A program made the position numbers and the translations under genes. Positions 14,036 to 27,574 of a DNA stretch of 64,000 bases are shown piece by piece (the stretch's first letter is position 1; every line of letters begins with the position of its first letter). The notes beneath the pieces are model-generated. The model made no database searches. It had not been told where the DNA came from and saw only the letters and a list, made by a program, of their open reading frames with translations. This DNA comes from Octopus vulgaris (lineage: Eukaryota). Location of the stretch: the NCBI GenBank assembly GCA_951406725.2, contig OX597830.1:77314001-77378000 (forward strand). The letters run 5' to 3'.

Positions 14036-14366
14036 ACTTACTTGTAATTGTGGCAACATTCACCTTGGGCGGGTTGAGTCGGCTTCTTCTACTACCCTCG
14101 ATGCATCTCGAACCATGGCAGTGAAAGAAGTTTCGTGGGAATATGAATTTCACAAGCGGTCCCCAACAATCCTGCATGTAGAAACATCCTGTTTGCCGCA
14201 GATTGTCCGCAGGTGCAGGGACAGAACGACCGAGGAGCCGTCGGTTGCCGAAACAGACACTCCGAGGATTTTCACCAGTGGCCTTAATACCACTCGGTGT
14301 CAGACCAATCCGCCTTGGGTGGCCCTAACCAGGAACCGAAGTTCCCGACGGCATAGCTCTGACACT
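14036..14366 (-). mobile_element. 331-bp retroposed insertion with 13-bp TSD (RTE-like non-autonomous element, tentative)
   Basis: atttccataaagt duplicated at 14023-14035 and 14367-14379; GC-richer than the host; minus strand ends in a caagtaagt short-repeat tail. Confidence 0.7.
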
Positions 14367-14609
14367 ATTTCCATAAAGTGTATGTACGGCAGGTAAAATG
14401 GATGTGCACAGCATGTCTTGGTACAGTAAGAGTACCTTCAAAGAAACATGATCCTGCACAGCATGTCTAGGCACAGTAAGAGTACCTTCAAAGAAAAATG
14501 GTCCTTTCAAACTTCTTGATGACACTCTACACCAGACATTGACTCCTGGTAAATTGATTACTTTGTTCACATTCAAGCAAGGATTTTTCGGTACCCAGTA
14601 AGCACAATT

Positions 14610-15122
14610 GTGGAGGCGCGTTGCTTAGTGGTTAGGGTGTCAGCACCATGATCGTAAGATGGGGCTTCGATTCCTGGACCGAGTGACGCGTTGTGTTCTT
14701 GAGCAAAACACTCCATTTCACGTTACTCCAGTCCACTCAGCTGGCAAAAATGAGCAACGCTGCGACGGACTGGCGTCCCGTCCAGCTGGGGAACACATGC
14801 GCCATAGAAACCGGGAAACCGGGCTCATCAGCATGGCTAGGCTTTAAATGGGCGCATTTTGTGGAGACGCGTGGCTTAGTGGTTAGGATGTCAACATCAT
14901 GATCGTGAGATTGTGGTTTCGACTCCTGGATCGGGCGACGCGTTGTGCTCTTGAGCAAAACACTTCATTTCACGTTGCTCCAGTCTAGCCAGCTGGCAAA
15001 AATGAGTAACGCTGCGATGGACTGGCGTCCCGTCCAGCTGGGGAACACATACGCCATAGAAACCGAGAAACCGGGCCCAGGAGCCTGGCTAGGCTTGAAA
15101 AGGGCGCATTTATTTTTATTTT
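14610..15122 (+). mobile_element. Head-to-tail dimer of tRNA-derived SINE (family C)
   Basis: Two approx. 250-bp monomers (14610-14860, 14861-15122), each starting gtggag..gcgt.gcttagtggttagg; a single TSD agtaagcaca(a/g)tt at 14597-14609 and 15123-15135. Confidence 0.85.
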
Positions 15123-16229
15123 AGTAAGCACAGTTATCTCGGTTCATTGTTTCAATTAGCTTTAATTGTGCTCATCAGACCACACAATCTTCTGCACAAG
15201 CTCTTCATCCTCGTCTACCACCTGTTGAAACCACTCATAAAATTCGTTGAAACCACTCATAAAATTCGATCCTTCGACCAGAATCGTCATTTGTTAATTG
15301 CATGTAATAATCTTAGATGTAAACTTTCCACTCAGGTCTTTTAAGAATACCAGTACAACTGTTGATTTGTGTCACGTGAGCACATTGTGCTGTGTCTTTC
15401 TGTGGCAAATGTGTGAAATGTTCCAGCATTATACCAAAGAAAATATCACTTGTTACTGTATAAAGTCTGCGGTATTTTCCCTTCGGCACGTCATACACAG
15501 TATCATGTGTTTCGAACTTTTCACGAATCTGTGAAATTGCCAAGTGCGTTCGAGGTTCTGTCTCAAACTCATGTCGCCATTGTCGTTGAACTTTAATAGC
15601 ATTCTCAAATTCGAAACACCACTTTAAAATAGTCTTACGTTCCTTAAACGACAACCGTACCTCTATCATTTTGTCACAGTTGCTCACAATAGCATCAAGA
15701 AGTCATAAGAACTTTTCCAGTGCATTTAATCTCAAAATAATGGTTATTGACTATTTCATACGTCCACAACTGATCAAGTGCGACCCAAATTCTTCAGCAT
15801 CACACCTTACCAACAGTGAAAAATTATGGTATTTTTGAAATGAAAATTGTCTTGAAAATTTCCTTTATACTTAAACAGTTATACTTAACAGTTATTTTAA
15901 ACGTTAATGATCTTCAGAAAGGTTATAAAGAAAATAAAAAAAAGCAAAACAGTTAACAGTAAAGTGTACTAATCCCGTGATGTCTGAATGAATTTGGTAT
16001 TAAAATATTTCTATGGGTTTTTCTTCTTCAGCAGAGTGTACAAGGTTTTGGCGGTCACACACACACACACATATATATGAGTTTGCGTATATATGCATTA
16101 TGTATGTATGCATGTATGTATGTATCTATATAAATATTTGTAATTCCAATTAGTAAATGAAACACTTGTGATGGAGAATAAATAATACAAAATCTTATCA
16201 TTTTCCTTTTTCACTTTATATATATATAT

Positions 16230-16392
16230 GGTGCAGGAGTGGCTGTGTGGTAAGTAGCTTGCTAACCAACCACATGGTTCCGGGATCAGTCCCACTGCGT
16301 GGCATCTTGGGCAAGTGTCTTCTACTAAAGCCTCGGGCCGACCAATGCCTTGTGAGTGGATTTAGTAGACGGAAACTGAAAGAAGCCTGTCG

Positions 16393-16449
<57 letters not shown>

Positions 16450-16648
16450 CTGTGTTTGTCCCCCTAGCATTGCTTGACGACCGATGCTGGTGTGTTTACG
16501 TCCCCGTCACTTAGCGGTTCGACAAAAGAGACCGATAGAATAAGTACTGGGCTTACAAAGAATAAGTCCCGGGGTCGATTTGCTCGACTAAAGGCGGTGC
16601 TCCAGCATGGCCGCAGTCAAATGACTGAAACAAGTAAAAGAGTAAAAG
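16230..16648 (+). mobile_element. tRNA-derived SINE family A (CORE-like, internal (TA)n(TG)n)
   Basis: A box tggctgtgtgg, B-box-like ggatcagtccc, cttgggcaagtgtct CORE-like segment, gtaaaaga tail; many copies in the window. Confidence 0.9.
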
Positions 16649-16744
16649 GTATATGCATTTACATATATATATATATTCATATATATATATGGAGAGAAGA
16701 GAGGGGAGAGACAGGCAGAGAGACAGAAACAGAGAGTGACAGAA

Positions 16745-17141
16745 GGCGGCGAGCTGGCAAAACTTTTAGCACGCCGGGTGAAACTTTTTGTGGTATTTCA
16801 TCCGCCGCTGCGTTCTGAGTTCAAATTCCGCCGAGGTCGACTTTGACTTTCATCCTTTCGGGGTCGATTATATAAGTACCAGTTACGCACTGGGGTCGAT
16901 ATAATTGACTTAATCTGTTTGTCTGTCCTTATTTGTCCTCTCAGTGTTTAGCCCCTTGTGGGTAGTAAAGAAATAGGTATTTCGTCTGCCGTTACGTTCT
17001 GAGTTCAAATTCCTCCGAGGCCGACTCTGCTTTTCATCCTTTCAGGGACGTTAAATAAAGTACCAATTACGCACTGGGATCGATGTAATTGACTTGTCCC
17101 TTTCCCCAAAAATTGTCGGCCTTGTGTCTTTAATAGAAAGG

Positions 17142-17143
<2 letters not shown>
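16745..17143 (+). mobile_element. SINE family B (with partial tandem second copy)
   Basis: ggcggcgagctggca...gagttcaaattccgccgaggtcgactttgactttcatcctttcggggtcgat. Confidence 0.85.
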
Positions 17144-17210
<67 letters not shown>

Positions 17211-17694
17211 GCTGTTTTTGCTCTCACTTTCGTTATTGTTATATTTCTTATTCCCTTACATTTTTATTTCATTTGAATTCCTTGTTTACCATTATTTATA
17301 TTATGGCTGCCATTCTTTTAGATTACCTTCACACACTATACTTTCACTTCCAATTTTTTTTTTTTTTTTGCTGCTACTACTTCTGCTACTGCTGCTGCTG
17401 CTTTTGCTGTTGTTGCCGCCGCTAATGTTTTTTTATGACGTTATTTAAGCCCGGCATCGATATTAGCTTACAGGCTGATCAAAAGTGTTTTAAAAGCGAA
17501 TAAGATTGATGAGAGCCAGTTTAAAGCGAAAGAAAATACGGAAGAAGACGTCCTTGTGTCGTTGTTAGTTTTACATTTTCGTTTCACATTTTTCTTTTTT
17601 CCTCTTTCCCGTTTTTCTCGTTCTTTTCTTCTTGTCTCTAGCAAGCTATCACATTTTTTTCTTTCCTCTCTCTCCTCTCTCTCTCTGAGAATAT

Positions 17695-17801
17695 GTATGA
17701 ATGTATGTATGTATGTATGTATGTATGTATGTATGTATGTATGTATCTATGTATCTATCTATCTATCTATTTATCTATCTATCTATCGATCGATCGATCT
17801 G

Positions 17802-17847
<46 letters not shown>

Positions 17848-17903
17848 GATCGATCGATCGATATATCTATCTATCTATCTATCTATCAATCTATATATCT
17901 ATA

Positions 17904-17943
<40 letters not shown>

Positions 17944-17991
17944 AATCTATCTATCTATCTATCTATCAATCTATCTATCAATCTATCTATG

Positions 17992-18037
<46 letters not shown>
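17695..18037. repeat. (TATG)n/(TATC)n compound microsatellite
   Basis: Direct reading. Confidence 0.97.
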
Positions 18038-18038
<1 letters not shown>

Positions 18039-18709
18039 TATATACATGCTTATTCAAATGCACAATTTTGAACGTCCGAAACGCCTACATGCGAACATAA
18101 ACATTAAAAAACCATTCCCACACAATCACACATGTCTACACAAAAACATACACCCACAGAGTTACTATAAATATGCATATACACTCATTCCTGGTTCTTA
18201 TTCTATCGAAATCTTTTGCCGAATCGCTAGTTTACGAGAACGTATACTCATCAATACCGGTAGACAAGCACTGGAGGGAGACAACCACAGACACCCGCGC
18301 GCACCCACATATACACACACACAAACACACATGCATAAGCACGATTAATATTACTTCTCCGTATATAGTTTGCTAGTTGCAAAACCAGGGGCTGTGCGAT
18401 TATTGTTATATATATATATATATATATATCTAATGTGGCCAGCATATTAAAAAATACCTTTAAAGGTTAAATTTATAAATAACTTATGAAAATAAGGGCA
18501 AAAGAAAAATTCTAATGCTAAATATGCCGAAAATATGTCAATAACCATTATAATTTTTGCAGCTCGAAACAAGCCGATAGAAATTTCTAAAAAAATTCTG
18601 TTATTACCGTATTGGTCCCAATTTCAGAGTTAATTCATAAGAATTTTCTCCTCCTCAGCGATAAACACGTAAGACATAAATGAAATACTTACTCATACTT
18701 ACTCATATA

Positions 18710-18874
18710 GGCGCAGGAGTGGCTGTGTGGTAAGTAGCTTGCTAACCAACCACATGGTTCCGGGTTCAGTCCCACTGCGTGGCATCTTGGGCGAGTGTCT
18801 TCTGCTATAGCCCCGGGCTGACCAATGCCTTGTGAGTGGATTTGGTAGACGGAAACTGAAAGAAGCATATCGTA

Positions 18875-18928
<54 letters not shown>

Positions 18929-19160
18929 TGTGTGTGTTTGTGTGTCTGTGCTTGTCCCCCTAGCATTGCTTGACAACCGATGCTGGTGTGTTTACGTCCC
19001 CGTCACTTAGAGGTTCGGCAAAAGAGACCGATAGAATAAGTACTGGGCTTACAAAGAATGTCCCGGGGTTGATTTGCTCGACTAAAGGCGGTGCTCTAGA
19101 TGGCCGCAGTCAAATGACTGAAACAAGTAAAAGAGTAAAAGAGTAAAAGAGTAAAAGAGT
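18710..19160 (+). mobile_element. SINE family A
   Basis: Full-length copy with (gagtaaaa)n tail. Confidence 0.9.
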
Positions 19161-19354
19161 ATACCCATGGAAAAAGCAAGCAAAGTCCCGAGCAGACCTA
19201 AGTACCCCAAATATATCCAAAGTAGAAAATCTTCAGCACATCTCGAGACGTGTGATTCGAACTAGAAACTTTCACAGAGTGAGAGAGTCCGGAAGTTAAC
19301 ACTATTAAATTTACATCTAATGTAGGATGTACAATACATCTTCATGCATCAATG

Positions 19355-20160
19355 ACATACATACATACATACATACATACATACATGCATGCACACATAC
19401 ATACATACACACATGCCTACACATACATACATACATACACACATGCACACACACATACGTACATACATACATACATGCACACATACATGCACACATGCGC
19501 ACACACATACATACAAACATACATACATACACGCATGCACACACACACATACATATATACATACATACATACATACATACAAACATATATGTACACATAC
19601 ATGCGTACATACATACATACATGCACACACACACACACATACATACATGCATACATACATACACACATGCACACACACACATACATATATACATAAATAC
19701 ATACATACAAACATATATGTACACATACATGCGTACATACATACATACATGCACACACACACACATACATACATGCATACATACATACACGCATGCACAC
19801 ACACACATACATATATACATACATACATACAAACATATATGTACACATACATGCGTACATACATACATACATGCACACACACACACATACATACATGCAT
19901 ACATACATACATACACACATGCACACACACACATACATATATAGATACATGCTTATATGCACACACACACATACATATATACATACATACATACAAACAT
20001 ATATGTACACATACATGCGTACATACATACATACATGCACACACACACACATACATACATGCATACATACATACACACATGCACACACACACACACATAC
20101 ATATATACATACATGCTTATATGCACACACACATGCGTACATACATACATACAGACAGAC
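19355..20160. repeat. CA/CATA compound repeat with approx. 120-125 bp higher-order period
   Basis: The anchor aaacatatatgtacacatacatgcgtac recurs at about 19581, 19709, 19831 and 19995. Confidence 0.9.
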
Positions 20161-21334
20161 ATACATACAAGCAAAAATACAACCACGCACTCGCTCAAGA
20201 CTCATTGCACATATATATCATCATACGCACACACACACACACACACACACACACTTACACAAACATACTCTACACGCGATTTACGGAAACTACCAGTCTA
20301 CCCCACTACACACACGCAAACGCATACACACACAACACACACACACACACACATGCTTATTGACACCAATACATACATAAACTCATAGATATACATGTAC
20401 CGAAATACCCCTAACACACACAAACATCCCACCAACTCGCCACCCTTCATCAACTCCCACAGATACAATACATAAACACACACATACACACACACACATA
20501 TATACGTACCCTTCTTACACACCCCACATGAACTACCAGTCTGATTCACCCATCCCCACACCTAGACCCCCACCCCACACTCATGGGTAGGTTTGCTCAA
20601 ATACATAACACGTTTCTGACACATCACCTGCTATTATTATTGATAATCACAAAAAGTTTTTGCTGGGGTTTTTGTTGGGGATTTTTGCATCCTTAGTGGG
20701 TGTGTGGGTGTGTGGGTGCAGGTGTAAGTGTGGGTGTGGATGTGTGGGGGGTTTAGAGAAGGTGGTGTAGAGTTTATTTGGCTTCATTGTTTTTTACATT
20801 TCCGTATCTCTCGTCATCATCGTCGTCGTCACCATCATCGTCATCGTCGTCATTGAACTCCTCCTCCACTTCTTCTCCTCCTCCTACTCCTACTGCTTCT
20901 CCTCTTCTTCGTCCACCTCCTTCTCCTCAACTCCTTCTCTTCATCTTCCTCATCTCCTTCTTTCCCCCTTCCTTTTCCTCTTCCTGCTTATCCTCCTCCC
21001 CTTCCTCCCCCCTCCTCTTCCTCGTCTTCTTCTTCCACCGCCTCCTCCTCCTAATCATCATCATCATCATCAGGAGCAACAGCAACAGCACTAAGAGTAG
21101 CAGCAGCGGTGACACCCGCGGTAGCAGCGGAGGCAGCCGCAGCATCGTGAGCGTCACTATCATCGTCATCGTTGTAGTCATTATCCTCGTCATCATCCAC
21201 GTCATCGTCAGCATCGTTAGCAGCAGCAGCATCACCACCATCATCGTCATCCTCCTTTCTACATATCTACATGACGTCATGATGACCATTGATCTTTAAA
21301 TATTATATTGTTGTATCTTTTATAATTCCTTTTA

Positions 21335-21772
21335 TACGAGATGGTAACAAAAAGTGCCCTGGTTAGTTCTGTGGAGCTTGAAAAATTGGAATCTTTACGA
21401 GGACAATGCACCCTGTCACCGAGCTGTCCTCACTCGCGACTTTCTCGTCAACAACAATATGGTATTGCTTCCGCACTCGCCCTATTCGTCAGATTTAGCA
21501 CCTGCTGACTTTTGTCTTTTCCCCCAACATGAAAAGCTCAAAGGTTGCTGTTTTAACACCGTTGTGGAGACACAACAGGAATCGCAGAAGGTCCTCGACT
21601 CGCTTACGAAAAACGACTACCAGGCCGGATGCCAAAAGTGGCAGGAACGCTGGGATCTGTGTATTGCTACACAAGGTGACTATTTCGAAGAAGATGATGT
21701 TAAAACTTAGGTAAATAAGTTATCCTTTATTGAAAAATAGCTAGTCCGGAAACTTTTTGATACCCGACCGTA
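21335..21772 (+). mobile_element. Internally deleted mariner retaining the catalytic C-terminus
   Basis: DNAPCH...HSPYSSDLAPADFCLFP...QERWDLCIATQGDYFE; degenerate TIRs tacgag...aaaaagt / actttttgatacccgaccgta. Confidence 0.85.
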
Positions 21773-21922
21773 CATTGTCCTTGAACAAGACACTTTATTC
21801 CAGATTGCTCCAGTCCACTCAATTGGCAAAAAGGAGCAGTACCTGTAATTCAAAGGGCCAGCCTTGTCACATTCTGTATCACACTGAATCTCTCTGAGAG
21901 CTAACATTAAGGGCACGTATGT

Positions 21923-22160
21923 TTTATTTCTTTATTGCTCACAGGGGGCTAAACACAGAGGGGACAAACAAGGACAGACAAAGGGGTTAAGTCGATAACA
22001 TCGACCCCAGGGCGTAACTGGTACTTAATTAATTTATCGACCCCGAAAGGATGAAAGGCAAAGTCGACCTCGGCGGAATTTGAACTCAGAACGTAACGGC
22101 AGACGAAATACCGCTAAGTATTTCGCCCGGCGTGCTAACGTTTCTGCCAGCTCGCTGCCT
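21923..22160 (-). mobile_element. SINE family B nested in an older SINE
   Basis: Full family B copy; degenerate 15-bp TSD taagggcacgtatgt / taaaggtacatatgt. Confidence 0.85.
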
Positions 22161-22633
22161 TAAAGGTACATATGTCTGTGGGATGCTCAACTTACTTGCA
22201 CGTCAACTTCACGAGCAGGCTGTTTTGTTGATCGTATCAACTGGGACCCTCGTCGTCGTAACTGACGGAGTACCAGTTATATTTACATATCTAGGTGGCT
22301 GAATCGTTAGAGCGCTGAGCACACTGCTTGACAAGAATTTCTTTCGGTTCTTTACTTTTCGGCGATCAAATCCCACTGTATATCATTTTAATACACATCC
22401 TTCCGAGATCAATAAAATATTCAATAAATTTGACAACCCTTTGCACCTCAAGAAATCATGTTCTTGTCTTTAAGTGTTGCCCGTGTGACTGTGTGATAAG
22501 AAGTTTGCATCTCAAGTACATGGTCCAGAGTTCGGTCCCACAACGTGGCACCTTGGGGCAAGTGTCTTGTACTATCGCACCAGGGTGACCAAAGCCTGGT
22601 AGACTGAAACTGAAAGAAGACCGTCGTATGTGT

Positions 22634-22685
<52 letters not shown>

Positions 22686-23424
22686 CTTCGTATTTGTACC
22701 CCACCACAGCTTGACAATCAATGCTGACTTAAGGAGGCAAGCTGGCAGAATCGTTAGCACGCTGGGCGAAATGCTTAGCGGTATTTCGTCTGTTTTTATG
22801 TCCTGAGTTCAAATTCCGCTGAGGTCGACTTTGCCTTACATCCCTTCATGCGTAATCTACAGCTTTGTGCGGGTTTTATGGCTATATAATCCACCAACAT
22901 AAAGCAGTAAAAAGGGGCGGGAGACAGAGGTAATCAAATGTACTCAATACATGCAGTTGTGTTGCGTCGTTATTCTTTAGTTGTCATTTATTCATGAAGA
23001 CATAGCAAAGGCGCATAAATTATGGAACGGCAATGGAGGAGGAGGAAGAGTGGGATCAGAAGAATCGGTAGAGCGTTCGCTAAAATGGCCAATGGTATTT
23101 ATTTAGTCACGGCCCATTTAGACGTAGAGTTCAAATCTCACCACTTTCAGCTATTTTATTTTTAACATCGTTCTTTGGTTAATGATTAATGAAATGTCGT
23201 ACCACATACGTACCGGGTACAATCTTATTATTTATGGATTTAATTACATTTACATTCGGCGGTGAATTGGCAGAGCTGCTCGAGCAGAGAATATAACACC
23301 TAGCGGAATGTGTTCTGCTTCTCTACGTTCTGAGTTCAAACCTTGCCGAGGTCGTCTTCGCTTTTCAACCTTTCAGGGTCGATAAAAACGTACTAATCTA
23401 GGATGTTGGATCGGAGCAACTGTC

Positions 23425-24003
<579 letters not shown>

Positions 24004-24161
24004 GCCTTTCATTATGCAGACAAACCCTGATCCACCAAACACTTGCTTATATGGAAGCCCGGAGGTGAAACCTCTCTGTGTTTCTAGGTAGGAGATTTAA
24101 GCCGATCGCCCATTTTAAAACCATAACCTGTCCTTAGGATGCATTTGGTGAAGACCGATTC

Positions 24162-24789
24162 TGGGATCTTTTCAGTTTAACCGGCAGTTTTTTAAAATAA
24201 TTTCCACGTAACTAAACACTTTTTAACTTCGTATACTGCTAGAATGTGTTACATAAAACATCTTTTTCTCTTGGCTTTCTTGAGAAAATTCTATAGTTTG
24301 TAAGATATTTGTTGTTGTTTTTTTCTTCAATTTCTGCAATTTCAACCAATCAATGATGTCTATTGAGGTGAAAACATTATGTGCCGTATGAATATGTCTC
24401 TCATTTAAGAAACAGATTAGGTTAGTTAGTTAGTTAGTTAATTTGGCTCAAAAGCAAATAGCAAGGCCATGTAGGGGGACATGGAGTTAAGTACAGGGTG
24501 GTGTTCATGTAAAGAGTTCAGGCCACTTGAGGTCCAGGGAGGCTTTGAACAAAGCGGTCGTCGGCATCTTCACCATCTCGTCTGGCAGCTTGTTCCACGG
24601 ATCCGCAACCCGGACGGAGAAAGCTCCTCCCCCCCCACCCCTAACCGTAACCGTAACCCTAACCCTAACTCTAACCCTAACTGTAAAACAGATTGAAATG
24701 CAATAGATCGATACTAGGGTCATAATTATGGGTGACATTTTTATATGACACCGCTAGAAAAAACTGCCGTTCAAACCGAAAAGATCCCA
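24162..24789. mobile_element. TIR element (MITE) with internal telomere-like (CCCTAA)n
   Basis: TIRs gggatcttttcagtttaaccggcagtttttt / aaaaaactgccgttcaaaccgaaaagatccc; ctaaccgtaaccgtaaccctaaccctaac at about 24641-24681. Confidence 0.75.
24421..24627 (-). mobile_element. CR1-like LINE 3' end
   Basis: GAFSVRVADPWNKLPDEMVKMPTTALFKASLDLKWPELFT* plus a (TAAC)n tail; near-identical copy at 44581-44841. Confidence 0.85.
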
Positions 24790-24875
24790 ATTCTGTTTTA
24801 GGCACTCGGGTTCAGATCACGAAAGGGACTGTAACTTTCTCGCAATTTCCCACAAGTTTTAGAAACCAGGAAAAC

Positions 24876-24911
<36 letters not shown>

Positions 24912-25136
24912 AGAAAGCGGGAACGGTGCCAGCTATGTGGCCATTTTTCTTCTGATAAAATCATGAAAGAAAATTAGGGCGAGATCGATGAAAGAGAGAG
25001 AGGATCGGTAGGATGAATATCAGACGGGAATAAGTACAGTGGGACAACGATTCGATTTGATCGAAGAAATACAATGAATGAAGAAATGAATCCTATCAGT
25101 CTATTTCTCTACCGATAATTCAGTCAATCGATCTTC

Positions 25137-25176
<40 letters not shown>

Positions 25177-25208
25177 AATATGATATAATTTGTAATTTAA
25201 CATAGTGT

Positions 25209-25258
<50 letters not shown>

Positions 25259-25420
25259 AAGGAAGAATAAAGAAGAAGAAAAAACAACAATGCGATATAC
25301 GCACACACAATATATATTATAAACAGAGAGAGAGAGAGAGAGAGAGAGATATGTAAAGACGTCTGTTTATATATATGCGCGCATGTATAAATATATATAT
25401 ATATATATATAAATATATAT

Positions 25421-25760
25421 AAAGGGTAAAGACCCCCTTCGGTCATGAATGACCATGGGATTGCACCTAGAAAGTTACCCTCCTAGACACAAGTCCGGGC
25501 AAGGTTGTTCATGGAAGACCAGCAGTCGCCCATGCATACCAGCCTCCCCTCTCCACGCCACCAGTGTTATCCAAGGGAAAGACAAAGGTCGATACAGCTT
25601 GGCACCTGTGACGTCGCAACTCATTTCTACAGCTGAGTGAACTGGAGCAACGTGAAATAAAGTGCCTTGCTCAAGAACACAACACGCAGCCCGGTCCGGG
25701 ATTCGAGCTCACAACCTCACGATCGTAAGCTCGACGCTCTAACCACTGAGCCATGCGCCT
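25421..25760 (-). mobile_element. tRNA-derived SINE family D
   Basis: Minus strand ggcgcatggctcagtggttagagcgtcg...gagctcgaatccc, followed by cttgagcaaggcactt core. Confidence 0.85.
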
Positions 25761-25938
25761 TATATATATATGTATATAATCACACATACACGTACTATAT
25801 AATGTATATAACAGAAAGATATAAATAGGCAGGTAGGTAGGTAGGTATATAGATAGATAAATAGATTGATAGATAGATAGAGAGAGAGAGAAATAGATAG
25901 ATAGATAGATAGATAGATGGAGAGAGAGAGAGAGAGAA

Positions 25939-25983
<45 letters not shown>

Positions 25984-26000
25984 GAGAGAGACAGAGATAA

Positions 26001-26046
<46 letters not shown>

Positions 26047-26239
26047 ATACGTGCATACATACAATATACATGTATACATACATACATACATACATACATA
26101 CATACATACATACATACATGCATACATACATACATACATACATTCATATATACATATATTTACACCAATTCACAATTGTGCGAGTGGGTGGATGTGTATA
26201 CAACATTTTTTGCAGTTCGTCAAAAGTCATTCACAAAGC

Positions 26240-26276
26240 GAGAGAGAGAGAGAAGAATAGAGACAAAGGGAGAGAT

Positions 26277-26311
<35 letters not shown>

Positions 26312-26353
26312 AACAAAGACAGAAACAAAGAAGGAAAGAGAGAAAGAAAGAAA

Positions 26354-26391
<38 letters not shown>

Positions 26392-26545
26392 GAGAAAGAA
26401 AGAGAGAAAGGAAGGAAGAACGAATGATAGAAGGAAAGAAAGAGAGAGAGAAAGAAAGAAAGAGGGAAGGAAAGAAAGAAAGAAAGAAAGAAAAAAGAAA
26501 GAAAGAAAGAAAGAAAAAAAGAAAGAAAGAAAGAAAGAAAGAATG
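26240..26545. repeat. (GAAA)n polypurine tract
   Basis: Direct reading. Confidence 0.97.
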
Positions 26546-26604
26546 AATGAAAGAGAGTAACGGAGTGAGAAAGAATGAAAAGAAGAGAGAAAGCGTCAAT
26601 CTTA

Positions 26605-26778
26605 GCCCCTCCTTTCCCAAACCCAGCATCACTGACTGCTGACACGCCTCACGTCTGTCAGTTGACCAATCAAATTTACTCGTCAGAACGCTGGACAGGA
26701 TGATTAATGGCCAATGCAAGCGAGGCGTCACGCATTGAAACGTGGAACAGCAGCAAGTATTGGAGCTTTCGTTTTGAT
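26605..26778. promoter_or_regulatory. Candidate cis-regulatory island (CCAAT boxes, TGACA motifs)
   Basis: Non-repetitive island with CCAAT at 26666 and 26711, ATTGG at 26759, and an inverted ctgaca/tgtcag pair. Motif-only evidence. Confidence 0.3.
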
Positions 26779-26815
26779 GTGTGTGAGTGAGTGTTTGTTT
26801 GTTTGTTATTTGTTG

Positions 26816-26862
<47 letters not shown>

Positions 26863-26994
26863 TGTGTCGTGTGATTAGGGCCTTCATGAGTGTGTGTATA
26901 ACAGAGAGAAAGATATTCAGAGAACTTATATAGGTGAGAAAGAGAAAAATGCAATAAAGCTGTGTGTATATGCATTTATCAATGCATGAGTGTG

Positions 26995-27042
<48 letters not shown>

Positions 27043-27100
27043 AACACACACGCGCACTCACACACATGCACACACAGACACACTCACATATATAAATGTC

Positions 27101-27155
<55 letters not shown>

Positions 27156-27574
27156 ATACATATACATAGGCACAAGGCGGCACATAAAGGCAAAACAAGG
27201 TGGAGAATATAGTGCTCGAATACCGAAGATAGAGTAATATGCATTTTTATTAAAGCTGCAAAAACATCACAAAATACAATAACTCAGAGTTTCACATTCC
27301 CGTTCGTCAAACAATTGTCATCAAGATTGTCCCCACTTAACTCTCTATCTGTGTGTTTCCAAGGAACCTAATGCGCTTGACTTAGATTTTCCTTTGGGGC
27401 TGGCCAGATCGGAGCAATCTCAAAATTAATCAGCCGAAATTGCGAGGATGATCCGGTTCTTGACTGAAGACTGAAGGCTTCGAATGTCCCGTCCGTGGTT
27501 TTTTGTACCGTCTTCTAAATGTTTTACGTTCTTGTCCCAGTTTGTATTTTTTTACATTTATATATATATATATA

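Larger units (their letters stand above)
13570..16060 (-). mobile_element. Decayed Tc1/IS630-type DNA transposon (DUF4817-type HTH N-terminus) with nested insertions
   Basis: Fragments LSFKERKTILKW.....VQRQWR.EF..EP.T...I.QIR.KFE, NLPGVNVWC..S....GPFFFEGT and SARSPDLTPEDFYSWGTLKD. Weak TIRs cagtgtctgccccaaaag / ggttttggcggtcacac. Confidence 0.8.

Noticed and set aside
24641-24681. Telomere or chromosome fusion site
   Set aside because: Only about six degenerate units, internal to a TIR element.
25680-25760. Possible tRNA gene
   Set aside because: The tRNA-like head continues into a SINE body; no complete cloverleaf or terminator. The same holds for the other SINE heads.
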